NCBI GenBank assembly: GCA_026981985.1
Contig: JALSHZ010000031.1
Location: 8,911-72,910 of the forward strand
Source: Gammaproteobacteria bacterium
GTDB lineage: Bacteria > Pseudomonadota > Gammaproteobacteria > UWMA-0217
Reading direction: 5' to 3'
Length of the DNA: 64,000 nt
How positions within the stretch are numbered: the first letter of the stretch is position 1; every line of letters starts with the position of its first letter. This document shows, piece by piece, positions 30,128 to 40,229 of this stretch. Below the pieces are notes generated by a model. It saw nothing but the letters and a program-made list of their open reading frames with translations, was not told the DNA's origin and did not search any database. Made by a program: the position numbers and the translations under genes.

Positions 30128-33100
30128 TTATTCGAGTGGGATGCTACCCAGTTGCTCCAGGGCAACGCCAGCGAAATGCTGGATAAGCGGCGTCAGCGGC
30201 AGCCCTCGTATTCGCAGTGGCTGCCCCAGCGCTGAGATCGCGACTTCCATATCGAGCAGCCCTTGGCGCATGTCGATGCTGAGTCGTTGCGGGAAGGCGA
30301 GCCGCAGGGCTGATCGCAGCGGCGCCAACTGTTCATTCTGATAGTCCGGGTCGATGATCTCCAGTAATTGGAACAGTTGTTCGCGGCTGATTTTCGTGAT
30401 GTCAATGCGGCCTTGCAGCAGACGCTGGCCGATATCGAATTCGACGGCGGTGCGCATGTTCAAGGGGGCCAGTATATCGGCTTTGCTCTTGCGCCCTTGC
30501 GGCAGCAGCTGACGCGGATCGAGCTGGGTAATACGGCTGAGCAGGCCGATTTTCCAGGCACCAGGGCGGGCGTCGAGATAGAGCTGGCCGGTGAGGTGGC
30601 CGCCAAACAGATCGACGTCCAGCTGCTGCAAGTGAACCACGTTCTGCTTGATATCGATGCTGGCCAGTGCCGGGCCAAAAGCCTTGCCATCGAGCGAAAT
30701 AACGTCGGCGCGAAGATTGTCGCGATCTTCCAGAAATGGCTGAACACGGGTGAAGTCTACGCGTTGAAAGGGGTCAGGGTTTTTGAGATAGCGGAATTTC
30801 AGTTGCTCGCCCGTCCAGATCAGTTCTTCGGCGATATTCATGCGGCCATCCAGCCCTTGCAACTGAAAGTGCTTCGTCGTGATATCGAGACTGTCGAAGC
30901 GGGTTTCGCCGTCGATCGAGAGCTGGCGACCGTCCAGCAGCACCAGATGCCAGGGAACCGTGGCGGAACCGGTGCCGCCGAAATAGGGATTGATCAGCAG
31001 ATCATGCCGGAGCGTTGTGGTGAGTGTGCCGTCGAGCTGGGCATTGTTGCCGTCGAGTGAGGCCTCGCCGGTAGCCGCCAGGTCGATGAACCCGGCGCCG
31101 CTACGCAGGTGCAGGCTATCGAGGATGATTTTCTCGTTCTGCTGCCGGGCGCTGAGTTTCAGGTCGAGCGGAACGATGACGGCTTCAAGGTTGGCTGCTG
31201 CTGACTGATCGTCGCCCTCCGACAGTAGTGTCAGTGAGCCGCTGCTGAGCTGGAGAGCCAGCTTGCCATCTTGCGGTGCCAGACTGGAGGCGGTGCTGAG
31301 TTCGATACTGCCGTTCAATCCCTTGATTTGAACCTGCTGTGACAGCTCAGCAGCGGAAATCTCGAAGCGGCTCTTGAGCTGGCTGGCACCGGCTGACCAG
31401 TCGAGATGCTGTTTCAAAATGGTAGGGCCAGAGAGTTGCAGCAGCGTGCCTGGTTGATTGGTGGCCTGGGTGAGCTGGCTATCCAGTGTCAATGTTGCCC
31501 GCATTTTATTCAATGCGGCGGGAGTAGCATCCAGGATTGAGCGGTAGGGGTGGCTGATCTCGGCTTTCAGCCAGTGTGCGCTTTTGAGCGCGCCCACCAT
31601 TTCCACGGGCGCCAGTGCTGGCAGCCAGGATTCCCACTGTGGCCTGACATTGAGGCTCCAGCGTGAATCGAGCGCCAGATGGCGTGGCTTGTTTTTCGCA
31701 TTGAGTTGCAGGCTGATCGCATCAGTGTCATCGATCCGTAGTGTGGCGCTGCTGTCGGCAGTCGTCAGTGGCCAGTCGAACTTCGCCTTGTGCCAAAACT
31801 GAAGCGGGATGGGCCGCGTCATCGATGCAGCGCGGAGGCCTGCTGCGGTCAGATGCAACGTGCTTTGGTAGTCGTTGCCGGCCTTGGCCAGCGCATAGGT
31901 CAGTTTGGCGGGTTTCGTCAGCACAAGGCCGTCGGCTTGTTGCGGCCGTCGGCGTTGTTGTATGCGAATTTCTCCTTGCTGATGCAGCGGCCATTGGGCA
32001 AGCCGGGAAAAATCGGCTGTCAGCAGATTGTCAGCGTCGTGGCGCAGGTCGAGGTCGCCGCGCCAGTGGAGTTTGAGATCGCCCAGCGTTTCGAGCGGGT
32101 CGGCTGCGGCATGCAGACGCCGCAAGCGTGCGTCGAGCGTGGCCTCCAGTTCGTGGTGCAGTGTGAACGGGCTGCGGCGATTGTCTGCGCTGAGTTTCAG
32201 GCTCGCCAGCGCCTTGTTGTCGAGCTGAACCTGTAGCGACGCCGTGGGCTGGGAGAGTTCGAGGTCGGTCGTCAGGTCGACCTGGCCAGCCACCGATAGC
32301 TTGCGTTTGAGCTGGGGGATATGCGCATCGTCCAGCGCGAGTTCGCTGCGCAGTGTCAGGCTGCCGTGCTGAAAATCGCCGCTGGCCGTGAGCTGCTGCT
32401 GATCGACATGATATTGCTCGGCCTGATCACCTTCGCCGATGCGGACACTGAGATCGGAAGTCACCAGCTCCGGGGTGAAATGAAGCGTCAGGTCCTGCTG
32501 CCAGTTGGCGCTGTCCAGGCGGCCATTGGCAGCGAGCTTGATTTGTGGTGAGAAGGTGCTTTCGACACTGGTTTGGCTGAGGTGGATCTTGTCAGCTTGA
32601 CTCGCGAGGTCGATATCGAATGACAATGGCGTCGCTATCGGGAGGCTCGTGGCTGCGTTGCCTTTGGCATCCAGGGTGAGTGTCAGGTTGCTGATGTTGG
32701 CCTGTTGATCCTGGTGCCGGGCGTCCAGCCGCATCAGGCTCAGTGTCTGCTTGCCGCTGAATGCCAGTGGCGGCGGTGAATCGGAAAATGGCGCAAGCTC
32801 ACCGTGCAGGGTAATGGCGAGCTGGTGGCTGGCAAGAAGATCCAGCCGCAGCCCGTCGTGGCGGAAGTCATCCAGCGTGAGCGCGGTGATATCGCTGTCC
32901 ACTGTGGCGTCGACTTGCAGTGGGAAGACGGAGGCGATGCCTGTCTGGTGTGCAGTGTTTGGCGCGCTGCTGGCGCTGGCATTGATATTCAGGGTCAGCG
33001 CGGTGCTGTGGCCAAGTGTTTTGTCTTGTTGCATGAGGCTGGGGTGATCGACGGCCAGCCGACTGTCTATCGTTGCTTTGTTCAGTGTCCAGCCCTGCTG

Positions 33101-33895
33101 ATCGCGTGTCAGATTCCAGGCCAGCTGGCTGTTGAGGTCGGGGGTAAGGGTCAGTTGCTGCCTGCCAGTGGGACCGGCCTGAATCAATTTCCAGGCACCG
33201 CCTGATGGTTTGTCGATGGCCAGATGCAGCTGGCCTTGCAGCCGATCATGCTGCCAGTTGGCGGTGCCGCTGAGTTGTTGAATATGCCCCTGGAGTCTTG
33301 TCCAGTGTGGCTCGTCTTGGTCGAGACGCAAGTCGAAGCGAATGTTCGCCAGTGACAGCCGATCGATCGTCAGCGGGATGGGGGGGGAGCGCAGCAGTTC
33401 ATCCAGCTCGGTCAGTGTCATCGGGCTGGCCGTTGCTGCTTCAGACTCATTCGTAGCGAGGAGGTTTGTGGTCAGTTGTACATTGCTCAGTTGAGCGTCG
33501 GTGATGTCGAGCCGCCCGCGCAGTAGTGGCGCGACCGCGTATTCGACGTGGAGCCTGCCAACAGCCAGCTCGACATTACCCTGCTGTTCGTCGTGCCAGC
33601 GTAGATGCAGGTTCTGCAACGTCAGGCCGCGCAGCAGATCGAGTTGCAGTGAGCCAGGTTGCTCCAGTTCGATGCCGAGTGGTTGCAGCCGGGTAGCCAG
33701 CAACGGGGCGAGCTTGTCGTAGAGCAAGGGGGATTTGAGGGCATAGTAGCCGACGGGCACCAGCATCAGCAGGAACAGCAACAGCGAGCCCGCCGCCAGC
33801 AGCAGACGGGCAGCCCAGCGGGGAAGGGATGTCGTTGATGATATGCTCACCGCGGCTGGGCTCGTGGCTGCGTCAGTTGTTTTTGGCGCCGTCAT
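30128..33895 (-). CDS. AsmA-like (YdbH/TamB-type) beta-rich envelope-bridging protein
   Basis: Single N-terminal TM helix, then ~1200 aa of alternating hydrophobic beta pattern; C-terminal LFGGHLTG and LLEIIDP. Confidence 0.7.
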   Translation of the reverse strand: MTAPKTTDAATSPAAVSISSTTSLPRWAARLLLAAGSLLLFLLMLVPVGYYALKSPLLYDKLAPLLATRLQPLGIELEQPGSLQLDLLRGLTLQNLHLRWHDEQQGNVELAVGRLHVEYAVAPLLRGRLDITDAQLSNVQLTTNLLATNESEAATASPMTLTELDELLRSPPIPLTIDRLSLANIRFDLRLDQDEPHWTRLQGHIQQLSGTANWQHDRLQGQLHLAIDKPSGGAWKLIQAGPTGRQQLTLTPDLNSQLAWNLTRDQQGWTLNKATIDSRLAVDHPSLMQQDKTLGHSTALTLNINASASSAPNTAHQTGIASVFPLQVDATVDSDITALTLDDFRHDGLRLDLLASHQLAITLHGELAPFSDSPPPLAFSGKQTLSLMRLDARHQDQQANISNLTLTLDAKGNAATSLPIATPLSFDIDLASQADKIHLSQTSVESTFSPQIKLAANGRLDSANWQQDLTLHFTPELVTSDLSVRIGEGDQAEQYHVDQQQLTASGDFQHGSLTLRSELALDDAHIPQLKRKLSVAGQVDLTTDLELSQPTASLQVQLDNKALASLKLSADNRRSPFTLHHELEATLDARLRRLHAAADPLETLGDLKLHWRGDLDLRHDADNLLTADFSRLAQWPLHQQGEIRIQQRRRPQQADGLVLTKPAKLTYALAKAGNDYQSTLHLTAAGLRAASMTRPIPLQFWHKAKFDWPLTTADSSATLRIDDTDAISLQLNAKNKPRHLALDSRWSLNVRPQWESWLPALAPVEMVGALKSAHWLKAEISHPYRSILDATPAALNKMRATLTLDSQLTQATNQPGTLLQLSGPTILKQHLDWSAGASQLKSRFEISAAELSQQVQIKGLNGSIELSTASSLAPQDGKLALQLSSGSLTLLSEGDDQSAAANLEAVIVPLDLKLSARQQNEKIILDSLHLRSGAGFIDLAATGEASLDGNNAQLDGTLTTTLRHDLLINPYFGGTGSATVPWHLVLLDGRQLSIDGETRFDSLDITTKHFQLQGLDGRMNIAEELIWTGEQLKFRYLKNPDPFQRVDFTRVQPFLEDRDNLRADVISLDGKAFGPALASIDIKQNVVHLQQLDVDLFGGHLTGQLYLDARPGAWKIGLLSRITQLDPRQLLPQGRKSKADILAPLNMRTAVEFDIGQRLLQGRIDITKISREQLFQLLEIIDPDYQNEQLAPLRSALRLAFPQRLSIDMRQGLLDMEVAISALGQPLRIRGLPLTPLIQHFAGVALEQLGSIPLE

Positions 33896-34355
33896 TGATC
33901 CACGCCACCAGGGCATCTTGCGTCGCCTTGTCGGTGATGGTGGTGTTGTTGACTGCGTGCAGATTGAAGGAGCTGGTGCAGCTGGTCTGGTTGATCGAGT
34001 AACTTTCGATCAGGCTGGTAACAACAGTGGACTGGGCAGCATCGCCGGGTGCGATGAAATTGATATTGTTGCAATTGCCACTCTTGAAGCTCGCCCATGT
34101 GGGGTAGTCGTTGTCGACGCGCTTGCCCACCAGATTGCTGTAAAAACTGCTTTTGCTGCTGAGATCCGGGCCGTTCTCGGTGCCGTCGGCGGCTGTGGGG
34201 GAATGGCAGTTGACGCCGCAGCTGCTGAAGGTGCTGTTCCACAGGCTGGTATAGGTCGGCGTTTTCTCTTCGTCACCTGATTCGCAACCCAACAGGGTGA
34301 GTACCATGATGAACATGAAAAGCCTTGGGCATGATCGGGCAAGGGTGGTTTTCAT
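33873..34355 (-). CDS. Cys/Ser/Thr-rich lipoprotein with a CxxxCH motif
   Basis: LLGC lipobox; SSCGVNCHS; FIAPGDAAQS; AWINDGAKNN. Confidence 0.75.
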   Translation of the reverse strand: MKTTLARSCPRLFMFIMVLTLLGCESGDEEKTPTYTSLWNSTFSSCGVNCHSPTAADGTENGPDLSSKSSFYSNLVGKRVDNDYPTWASFKSGNCNNINFIAPGDAAQSTVVTSLIESYSINQTSCTSSFNLHAVNNTTITDKATQDALVAWINDGAKNN

Positions 34356-34484
34356 CGGGGGCTCCGGCTAAATGCAACAAGATGTTTCATAGTGTAGCTG
34401 CCGGGTGGTTGTTTGTACGTGATCTGTGCGGCAGGAAGCGAGTACTCGGCGCCGATTTTTTCGCCGCATTCTTTGGCAGTCGCG

Positions 34485-34778
34485 TCAGCTCCGATCGCGA
34501 CCGCGGCCGATCCTGCCCATCGCACAACTGACCAGGGATGAGGCTTTGGCCTTGACCGAGTCGATACCGTCGGTCGATCCTTTTTCCGGGTAGCCGAGCT
34601 TTTTCAGGCGCAGGGCAATGTCATCGCGGATGTTGGCATTGTCGGTGTCGAAGCTGACGATGCCACGGTCGAGATCGACGTCGATCGCGTGGATATTGGG
34701 ATGGTCCTTGAAATGGACCTCGATGGTGTTGGCGCAGCCGCTGCGGCGGATGTTGTCGACGTTGAACGTCAGCTTCAT
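34485..34778 (-). CDS. Heavy-metal-associated (HMA) domain protein
   Basis: VDNIRRSGCANTI...LKKLGYP...KASSLVSCAMGR. Confidence 0.8.
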   Translation of the reverse strand: MKLTFNVDNIRRSGCANTIEVHFKDHPNIHAIDVDLDRGIVSFDTDNANIRDDIALRLKKLGYPEKGSTDGIDSVKAKASSLVSCAMGRIGRGRDRS

Positions 34779-34993
34779 GCAGGGCTTCCGCTGCGCTCGA
34801 CTTTTTCCAGAATCTGCTGAATCGTGTCGCCCTGACGGTAGTTGTAGGGCTGGCTGCGCATCTCCTCGAAAGCACGATCGCGCGCTTCTTCGCTACTGTA
34901 CCAGCGGTAAGATGCCCAGTCCTTGCCGAGCAAGTGATCTTTGCTCATCGTGCTGCTTGTCGGAATGGTGATGCGAATACCGTACTGATGCAT
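34775..34993 (-). CDS. Small hypothetical protein
   Basis: 72 aa; ATGA-type overlap with the HMA gene; HLLGKDW..RWY...RD...YRQGD. Confidence 0.7.
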   Translation of the reverse strand: MHQYGIRITIPTSSTMSKDHLLGKDWASYRWYSSEEARDRAFEEMRSQPYNYRQGDTIQQILEKVERSGSPA

Positions 34994-35161
34994 GGTCGAA
35001 GATCCTGTCGATGGTCGTGTGGCTATTGTATCGGGCTGCGGCTGAACTGCAATGGCGGCTGAGGTCGGTTGGGCGTATTCAGCTCAGCCACCATGGGCAC
35101 TGCAATGCTGTTGTTGAATCGTAGTAAACTGCCAAGTCTGCTCAACTGATCTGGAACCGTC

Positions 35162-37012
35162 ATGCCTGAATATCGCTCTCGAACCACCACTCATGGACGT
35201 AACATGGCCGGTGCGCGCGCCCTGTGGCGGGCTACCGGGATGAAGGACGAGGACTTCACCAAGCCGATCATCGCCATTGCCAACTCCTTTACCCAGTTCG
35301 TGCCTGGGCACGTTCATCTGAAGGACATGGGGCAGTTGGTGGCCCGCGAGATCGAGAAGGCTGGCGGCGTTGCCAAAGAGTTCAACACCATCGCTGTCGA
35401 TGACGGCATTGCGATGGGGCATGCCGGCATGCTCTATTCACTGCCGTCCCGCGAAATCATCTCCGATTCGGTCGAATATATGGTCAACGCGCATTGCGCC
35501 GACGCCCTGGTGTGTATTTCCAATTGCGACAAGATCACGCCAGGGATGCTGAACGCGGCGTTGCGGCTGAATATTCCGGTGGTGTTCGTCTCGGGTGGGC
35601 CGATGGAGTCGGGCAAGGCGCTGATGGGCGGTAAGGAGGTGCATCTGGATCTGGTCGATGCGATGGTCTCGGCGGCGGACCCCAATGAGTCGGAGGAGGA
35701 TGTGATGATCATGGAACGCAGCGCCTGTCCTACCTGTGGCTCCTGTTCCGGCATGTTCACGGCCAATTCGATGAATTGCCTGACCGAAGCGCTGGGCTTG
35801 TCGTTGCCAGGCAATGGCTCGATGCTGGCGACTCACGCTGATCGTGAGCAGCTGTTCCTGCGGGCAGGGCGTCTGATCGTCGAGCTGGCAAAACGCTATT
35901 ACGAAGGCGATGACGATACCGTGCTGCCGCGCAATATCGCCGACAAGCGGGCGTTCGAAAATGCCATGAGCCTGGATATCGCCATGGGCGGTTCCACCAA
36001 CACGATTTTGCACCTGCTGGCGGCAGCCAATGAAGGGCGCGTTGATTTTACGATGGAAGATATCGACCGGCTCTCGCGCCGCGTGCCGCATCTGTCCAAG
36101 GTGGCGCCATCGACGCAGCAATATCATATGGAAGATGTGCACCGCGCCGGCGGTGTGATGGCGATTCTCGGCGAGCTGGATCGGGCGGGTCTGTTGCACA
36201 GGGACGCCGGAACCATTCATGCAAGCAATATCGCTGAGGCGCTGTCCCAATGGGATATCCGCCAGACGGATGACGAAGCACATCTGAATTTCTACAAGGC
36301 GGCACCGGGCAATGTGCCGACGCAGCAGGCTTTCAGCCAGAACAAACGCTGGGATTCGCTCGACCTCGATCGTGAGAACGGCTGTATTCGTGATGTGGCA
36401 CATGCCTATAGCAAGGATGGCGGCCTTGCCGTGCTCTACGGCAATATCGCGCTCGATGGCTGTGTGGTAAAGACAGCCGGTGTCGATGAATCGAATCTCG
36501 TTTTTTCCGGTCCGGCGCGCATTTTCGAATCGCAGGATGCTGCTGTCGCAGCGATTCTGGGTGACGAGGTTTCTGCTGGAGAAGTGGTTATCATCCGCTA
36601 TGAAGGGCCACGTGGCGGTCCGGGCATGCAGGAAATGCTCTATCCCACCAGCTACCTGAAATCAAAAGGGCTGGGCAAGGCCTGCGCGCTGATCACCGAT
36701 GGCCGTTTTTCCGGCGGCACCTCAGGGCTGTCGATTGGCCATGTGTCACCCGAGGCAGCAGAGGGCGGCGCGATTGGCCTCGTCGAACAGGGGGACATCA
36801 TCGATATCAATATTCCCGAACGCAGCATCAATGTCCGCATCACCGACGCAGAATTGGCACGTCGTCGTGAACAGATGGAAGCGAAAGGACGTGATGCCTG
36901 GAAACCGCTGGGCAGGGATCGCGTCGTCAGCGATGCGCTCAAGGCCTATGCTGCGATGTCGACATCGGCATCGCGCGGCGCCGTGCGGGATGTGAGCCAG
37001 CTGGAGAAGTAG
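35162..37012 (+). CDS. ilvD: Dihydroxy-acid dehydratase
   Basis: [53 protein letters not shown]. Confidence 0.98.
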   Translation: MPEYRSRTTTHGRNMAGARALWRATGMKDEDFTKPIIAIANSFTQFVPGHVHLKDMGQLVAREIEKAGGVAKEFNTIAVDDGIAMGHAGMLYSLPSREIISDSVEYMVNAHCADALVCISNCDKITPGMLNAALRLNIPVVFVSGGPMESGKALMGGKEVHLDLVDAMVSAADPNESEEDVMIMERSACPTCGSCSGMFTANSMNCLTEALGLSLPGNGSMLATHADREQLFLRAGRLIVELAKRYYEGDDDTVLPRNIADKRAFENAMSLDIAMGGSTNTILHLLAAANEGRVDFTMEDIDRLSRRVPHLSKVAPSTQQYHMEDVHRAGGVMAILGELDRAGLLHRDAGTIHASNIAEALSQWDIRQTDDEAHLNFYKAAPGNVPTQQAFSQNKRWDSLDLDRENGCIRDVAHAYSKDGGLAVLYGNIALDGCVVKTAGVDESNLVFSGPARIFESQDAAVAAILGDEVSAGEVVIIRYEGPRGGPGMQEMLYPTSYLKSKGLGKACALITDGRFSGGTSGLSIGHVSPEAAEGGAIGLVEQGDIIDINIPERSINVRITDAELARRREQMEAKGRDAWKPLGRDRVVSDALKAYAAMSTSASRGAVRDVSQLEK

Positions 37013-37038
37013 TGGTTTCGCCACTGGGGCGGTGCCTT

Positions 37039-38010
37039 CTAGCGTATGGCGCTAAAGCTGCCGTCTTGAGTGAGCAGCTTTTGCGCTATTCGCGCACTCA
37101 CGTCACCTACGCCTTCGGTCAGTTGTTCCAGTAGCGATTTTTTCGGTTCGAGGACGACGATATTGTCTTCGCCAATCAATTCTTCGGCGATGTTCTCGCT
37201 GGTTCTGAAGCCGTCGACGAGGCCAAGTGATTTGGCTTCTTCGCCGGTCCAGATCAGCCCGGTGAACAGGTCGTCGTTCTCTTTCAGGCGTTCGCCACGG
37301 CCGGTTTTTACCGCCGAAATGAAGTGCTGGTGAACCTGTTGCAGCATGCGTTCGAGATGTGCTTTTTCGTCGGGGTCCAGTGGTTTGAACGGGTCGAGCA
37401 GCGCTTTGTGTTCGCCGGCGGTGATGGTTCGGCTCTCGATGCCGATTTTTTCCATCAGCCCCTGCACGCCGAAGCTGTCCATACGAACGCCGATCGAGCC
37501 GACAATGCTGGAAGGGTGGGCGTGAATCTCATCGGCGGCCGCTGCGACGTAGTAGCCGCCGGAGGCACAGAGGTCGCGCACGACGGCGTATAGCTTTTTG
37601 TCCGGGTATTGCTCACGCAGGTCGATGATTTTCTGGTAGATCGATGATGCTTCGACCGGGGTGCCGCCTGGGCTGTTGATTTCCAGAATGATGCCTTTGC
37701 TGTGTTTGTCTTCAAAGGCTTTTTCCAGCAGCTTGTTGATCTTCTCGGCACTGGCACTGCTGCCTTCGGTGATCAGTCCTTTCAGGCGGATCAGGGCAGT
37801 GTGGTCTTTGCTGGCCGTTACCTGATGGCCGGGTAGCCCGGGTATGTCGAGCATGAACAGTAGCAGTACGCCGAGATAGGCGAAGGTCAGCAGTTTGAAG
37901 AAGATACCCCAGCGCCGGGTGCGGCGCTGTTCCTTGAGTGATCCCCAGGCGAGTTCACGAATGGCTTCCTTCTCCCAATTGGGGTCGTCGGTATTAATCT
38001 TCTTTTTCAT
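37039..38010 (-). CDS. sppA: Signal peptide peptidase, S49 family
   Basis: INSPGG, CASGGYYVA, VGSIGV, AGEHKA. Confidence 0.9.
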   Translation of the reverse strand: MKKKINTDDPNWEKEAIRELAWGSLKEQRRTRRWGIFFKLLTFAYLGVLLLFMLDIPGLPGHQVTASKDHTALIRLKGLITEGSSASAEKINKLLEKAFEDKHSKGIILEINSPGGTPVEASSIYQKIIDLREQYPDKKLYAVVRDLCASGGYYVAAAADEIHAHPSSIVGSIGVRMDSFGVQGLMEKIGIESRTITAGEHKALLDPFKPLDPDEKAHLERMLQQVHQHFISAVKTGRGERLKENDDLFTGLIWTGEEAKSLGLVDGFRTSENIAEELIGEDNIVVLEPKKSLLEQLTEGVGDVSARIAQKLLTQDGSFSAIR

Positions 38011-38212
38011 GGCAGTGGTTGGTGGCTCCAGTAGGCGTCAATGATAACAGGTCGTCTCGTCAAAGATCCCAGTCGTCGGCTGCTTACAGCGGCCTGCCGT
38101 GAGGGTCATGGCAAGACAGTGTTGCCGTAGCTTATACTCCGCCGGATTGGTGATTGCCCGCCGGGCGTCATCGGCAATGACTCGATAACAATAATAATAA
38201 CTGAGGAGTCCA

Positions 38213-39772
38213 ATGCTAATGTCCGCAGCCCATTCGGTGCCGCGCAAACCCACTGTGCTGATAATCATGGACGGCGTGGGAATCAATGAGGATATCGACG
38301 ACAACGCGCTGGCCCTGGCGCATACACCAAGACTGAACGAGTATTTCGGTCGTTTTCCTTCGACGACGCTGGAGGCATCCGGTCAGGCTGTCGGCTTGCC
38401 TGCGGGGCAAGGCGGCAATTCCGAGGTGGGGCACCTGACGCTCGGTAGTGGCATGGTATTGCAGCAGGATCTCGTGCGGATCAATGCGGCAATCAAAACC
38501 GGCGAGTTCTACCAGAATGCCGCGTTGATCGCGGCGTGCAATGAAGCGTTGCAGAACCAGCGCCCGTTGCACCTGCTGGGTTTGCTGTCGGATGGTGGGG
38601 TGCATGGGCATGTGCGGCATTTGCTGGCACTGATCGATTTGGCGACACGTTGTGGTGTTGTGCCCATGCTACATCTGATTGCCGACGGCAGAGACACGGC
38701 CAGTGACGCGCTGCTGCGCTACTACAAGGCGATCGAAATGCCGCTGAAACATGCTGGCGGGCAGGTTGCCAGTGTCTGCGGTCGCTATTTTGCCATGGAC
38801 CGCAACAAGCATTGGGAGCGCACGGAAAAGAGCTGGCGGCTGATGACCCAGGCGGATGGTCGGCGGGCAGCCTCGGTGGAAGATGCCATCACTGCTGCCT
38901 ATCGCGAAGGGCAGAGCGATGAGTTTATTGAACCGGTCTGGATCACGGGCGGGGAGCGCATTGCACCGGGTGATCCCGTCATCTCCTTCAACTATCGCAA
39001 TGATCGTATGCAGCAACTGGCAGCCACGCTGGCGATGCCCGTTTTTGATGCTTTCGATCGCGCTGGTTGGTGTCCAGCAAAGTTGTTCACGATGACGCAT
39101 TACGAGGATCGCCTGCCAGCGACCGTCGCATTTCCAAAGCAGGCGCCCGAGGTAACACTCGGCCAGGTCATCAGTGATGCGGGGTTGCGCCAGTTGCATG
39201 TCGCTGAAACTGAAAAATATGCCCATGTCACGTTCTTCTTCAATGGCGGGCGGGAATCGCCGTTGCCTGGTGAGGATCGCATTCTGGTGCCGTCTCCAGC
39301 GGTGAAAACCTACGATCTGGCCCCTGAAATGAGCGCAAAAAATGTTGCTGACCGTGTGATCGATGCCATCAACGGGGGGCGGCACGACTTTATTGTCGTG
39401 AACTTCGCCAATGGTGACATGGTCGCACACACCGGGAACCGTGATGCCACCATCCAGGCAGTAGAGGCTGTGGATGCAGCGGTGGGCAGCGTACTCGATG
39501 CTGCCCAAGCCGCTGGCTATGCAGCTGTGGTCACGGCGGATCATGGCAATTGCGAGCAGATGGCTGACCCGCATAGTGGCAGGCCGTCGACCAGCCATAC
39601 CGGCAACCCGGTTCCCTGTTTGGTGGTTGATGAGTATGTCGCCATGCTTGCAGCAGGCGGTAATCTTGCTTCTATCGCGCCGACCATTCTGCAGTTGATG
39701 GGGCTGGAGATCCCACGAGCAATGAACCGTAACTCATTGATTGAACAGAGCAGGCTCGTGGCTGCCGCGTAA
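38213..39772 (+). CDS. gpmI: 2,3-bisphosphoglycerate-independent phosphoglycerate mutase
   Basis: GNSEVGH, DGRDT, GRYFAMDR, AETEKYAHVTFFFNGG, NFANGDMVAHTG, TADHGN. Confidence 0.95.
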   Translation: MLMSAAHSVPRKPTVLIIMDGVGINEDIDDNALALAHTPRLNEYFGRFPSTTLEASGQAVGLPAGQGGNSEVGHLTLGSGMVLQQDLVRINAAIKTGEFYQNAALIAACNEALQNQRPLHLLGLLSDGGVHGHVRHLLALIDLATRCGVVPMLHLIADGRDTASDALLRYYKAIEMPLKHAGGQVASVCGRYFAMDRNKHWERTEKSWRLMTQADGRRAASVEDAITAAYREGQSDEFIEPVWITGGERIAPGDPVISFNYRNDRMQQLAATLAMPVFDAFDRAGWCPAKLFTMTHYEDRLPATVAFPKQAPEVTLGQVISDAGLRQLHVAETEKYAHVTFFFNGGRESPLPGEDRILVPSPAVKTYDLAPEMSAKNVADRVIDAINGGRHDFIVVNFANGDMVAHTGNRDATIQAVEAVDAAVGSVLDAAQAAGYAAVVTADHGNCEQMADPHSGRPSTSHTGNPVPCLVVDEYVAMLAAGGNLASIAPTILQLMGLEIPRAMNRNSLIEQSRLVAAA

Positions 39773-39982
39773 TAACTCCCCACCATATCCTAGGGTGTCG
39801 CAAAAGCCCATCCAGGGCTTTACGACACATGGAAAGGAAAAGGTACGATTTGCCCTTTCCTTACTGATTCAACAGCTTAGTCGTTGTTGAATCAGGTAGT
39901 ACTTCCTTGTGCCGCACGAGAGTGTCGGAAAACCACACCCCCCTATCCGGCTGTGTGTCCTGTACAGCCAACGACGAAAAAG

Positions 39983-39998
39983 TGTGATCTGCGTCACG
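39983..39998. promoter_or_regulatory. CRP-like binding site upstream of the OmpA-repeat gene
   Basis: TGTGA-TCTGCG-TCACG, 9/10 match to TGTGA-N6-TCACA. Confidence 0.5.
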
Positions 39999-40229
39999 CT
40001 GCGGGGTAAACCCCTGGTTGCCCTGCGAACCTTTTTGCCCCTTCACTTTCCTAATAGGCAACGCGGCTGAAATCCATTGTCATTTGGTGGTCGCTCCAAA
40101 TGACAACAGCTTTTCTATGCCGTGTTGTGCCAAACGAGAGTGCGGTCATGATGAGAGGCGATCGGGCCCAGAATGCCAGTGTGCTACTTCCCCACGTCAT
40201 AAAAAGAACCAGTTCAGGAGCAGTTCCAA

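Noticed and set aside
35050-35095. Attenuator upstream of ilvD
   Set aside because: A hairpin is present, but there is no Ile/Leu/Val-rich leader peptide or U tract.
39795-39895. Three consecutive hairpins after gpmI as a c-di-GMP riboswitch
   Set aside because: No GEMM consensus; more likely terminator or REP-like palindromes.
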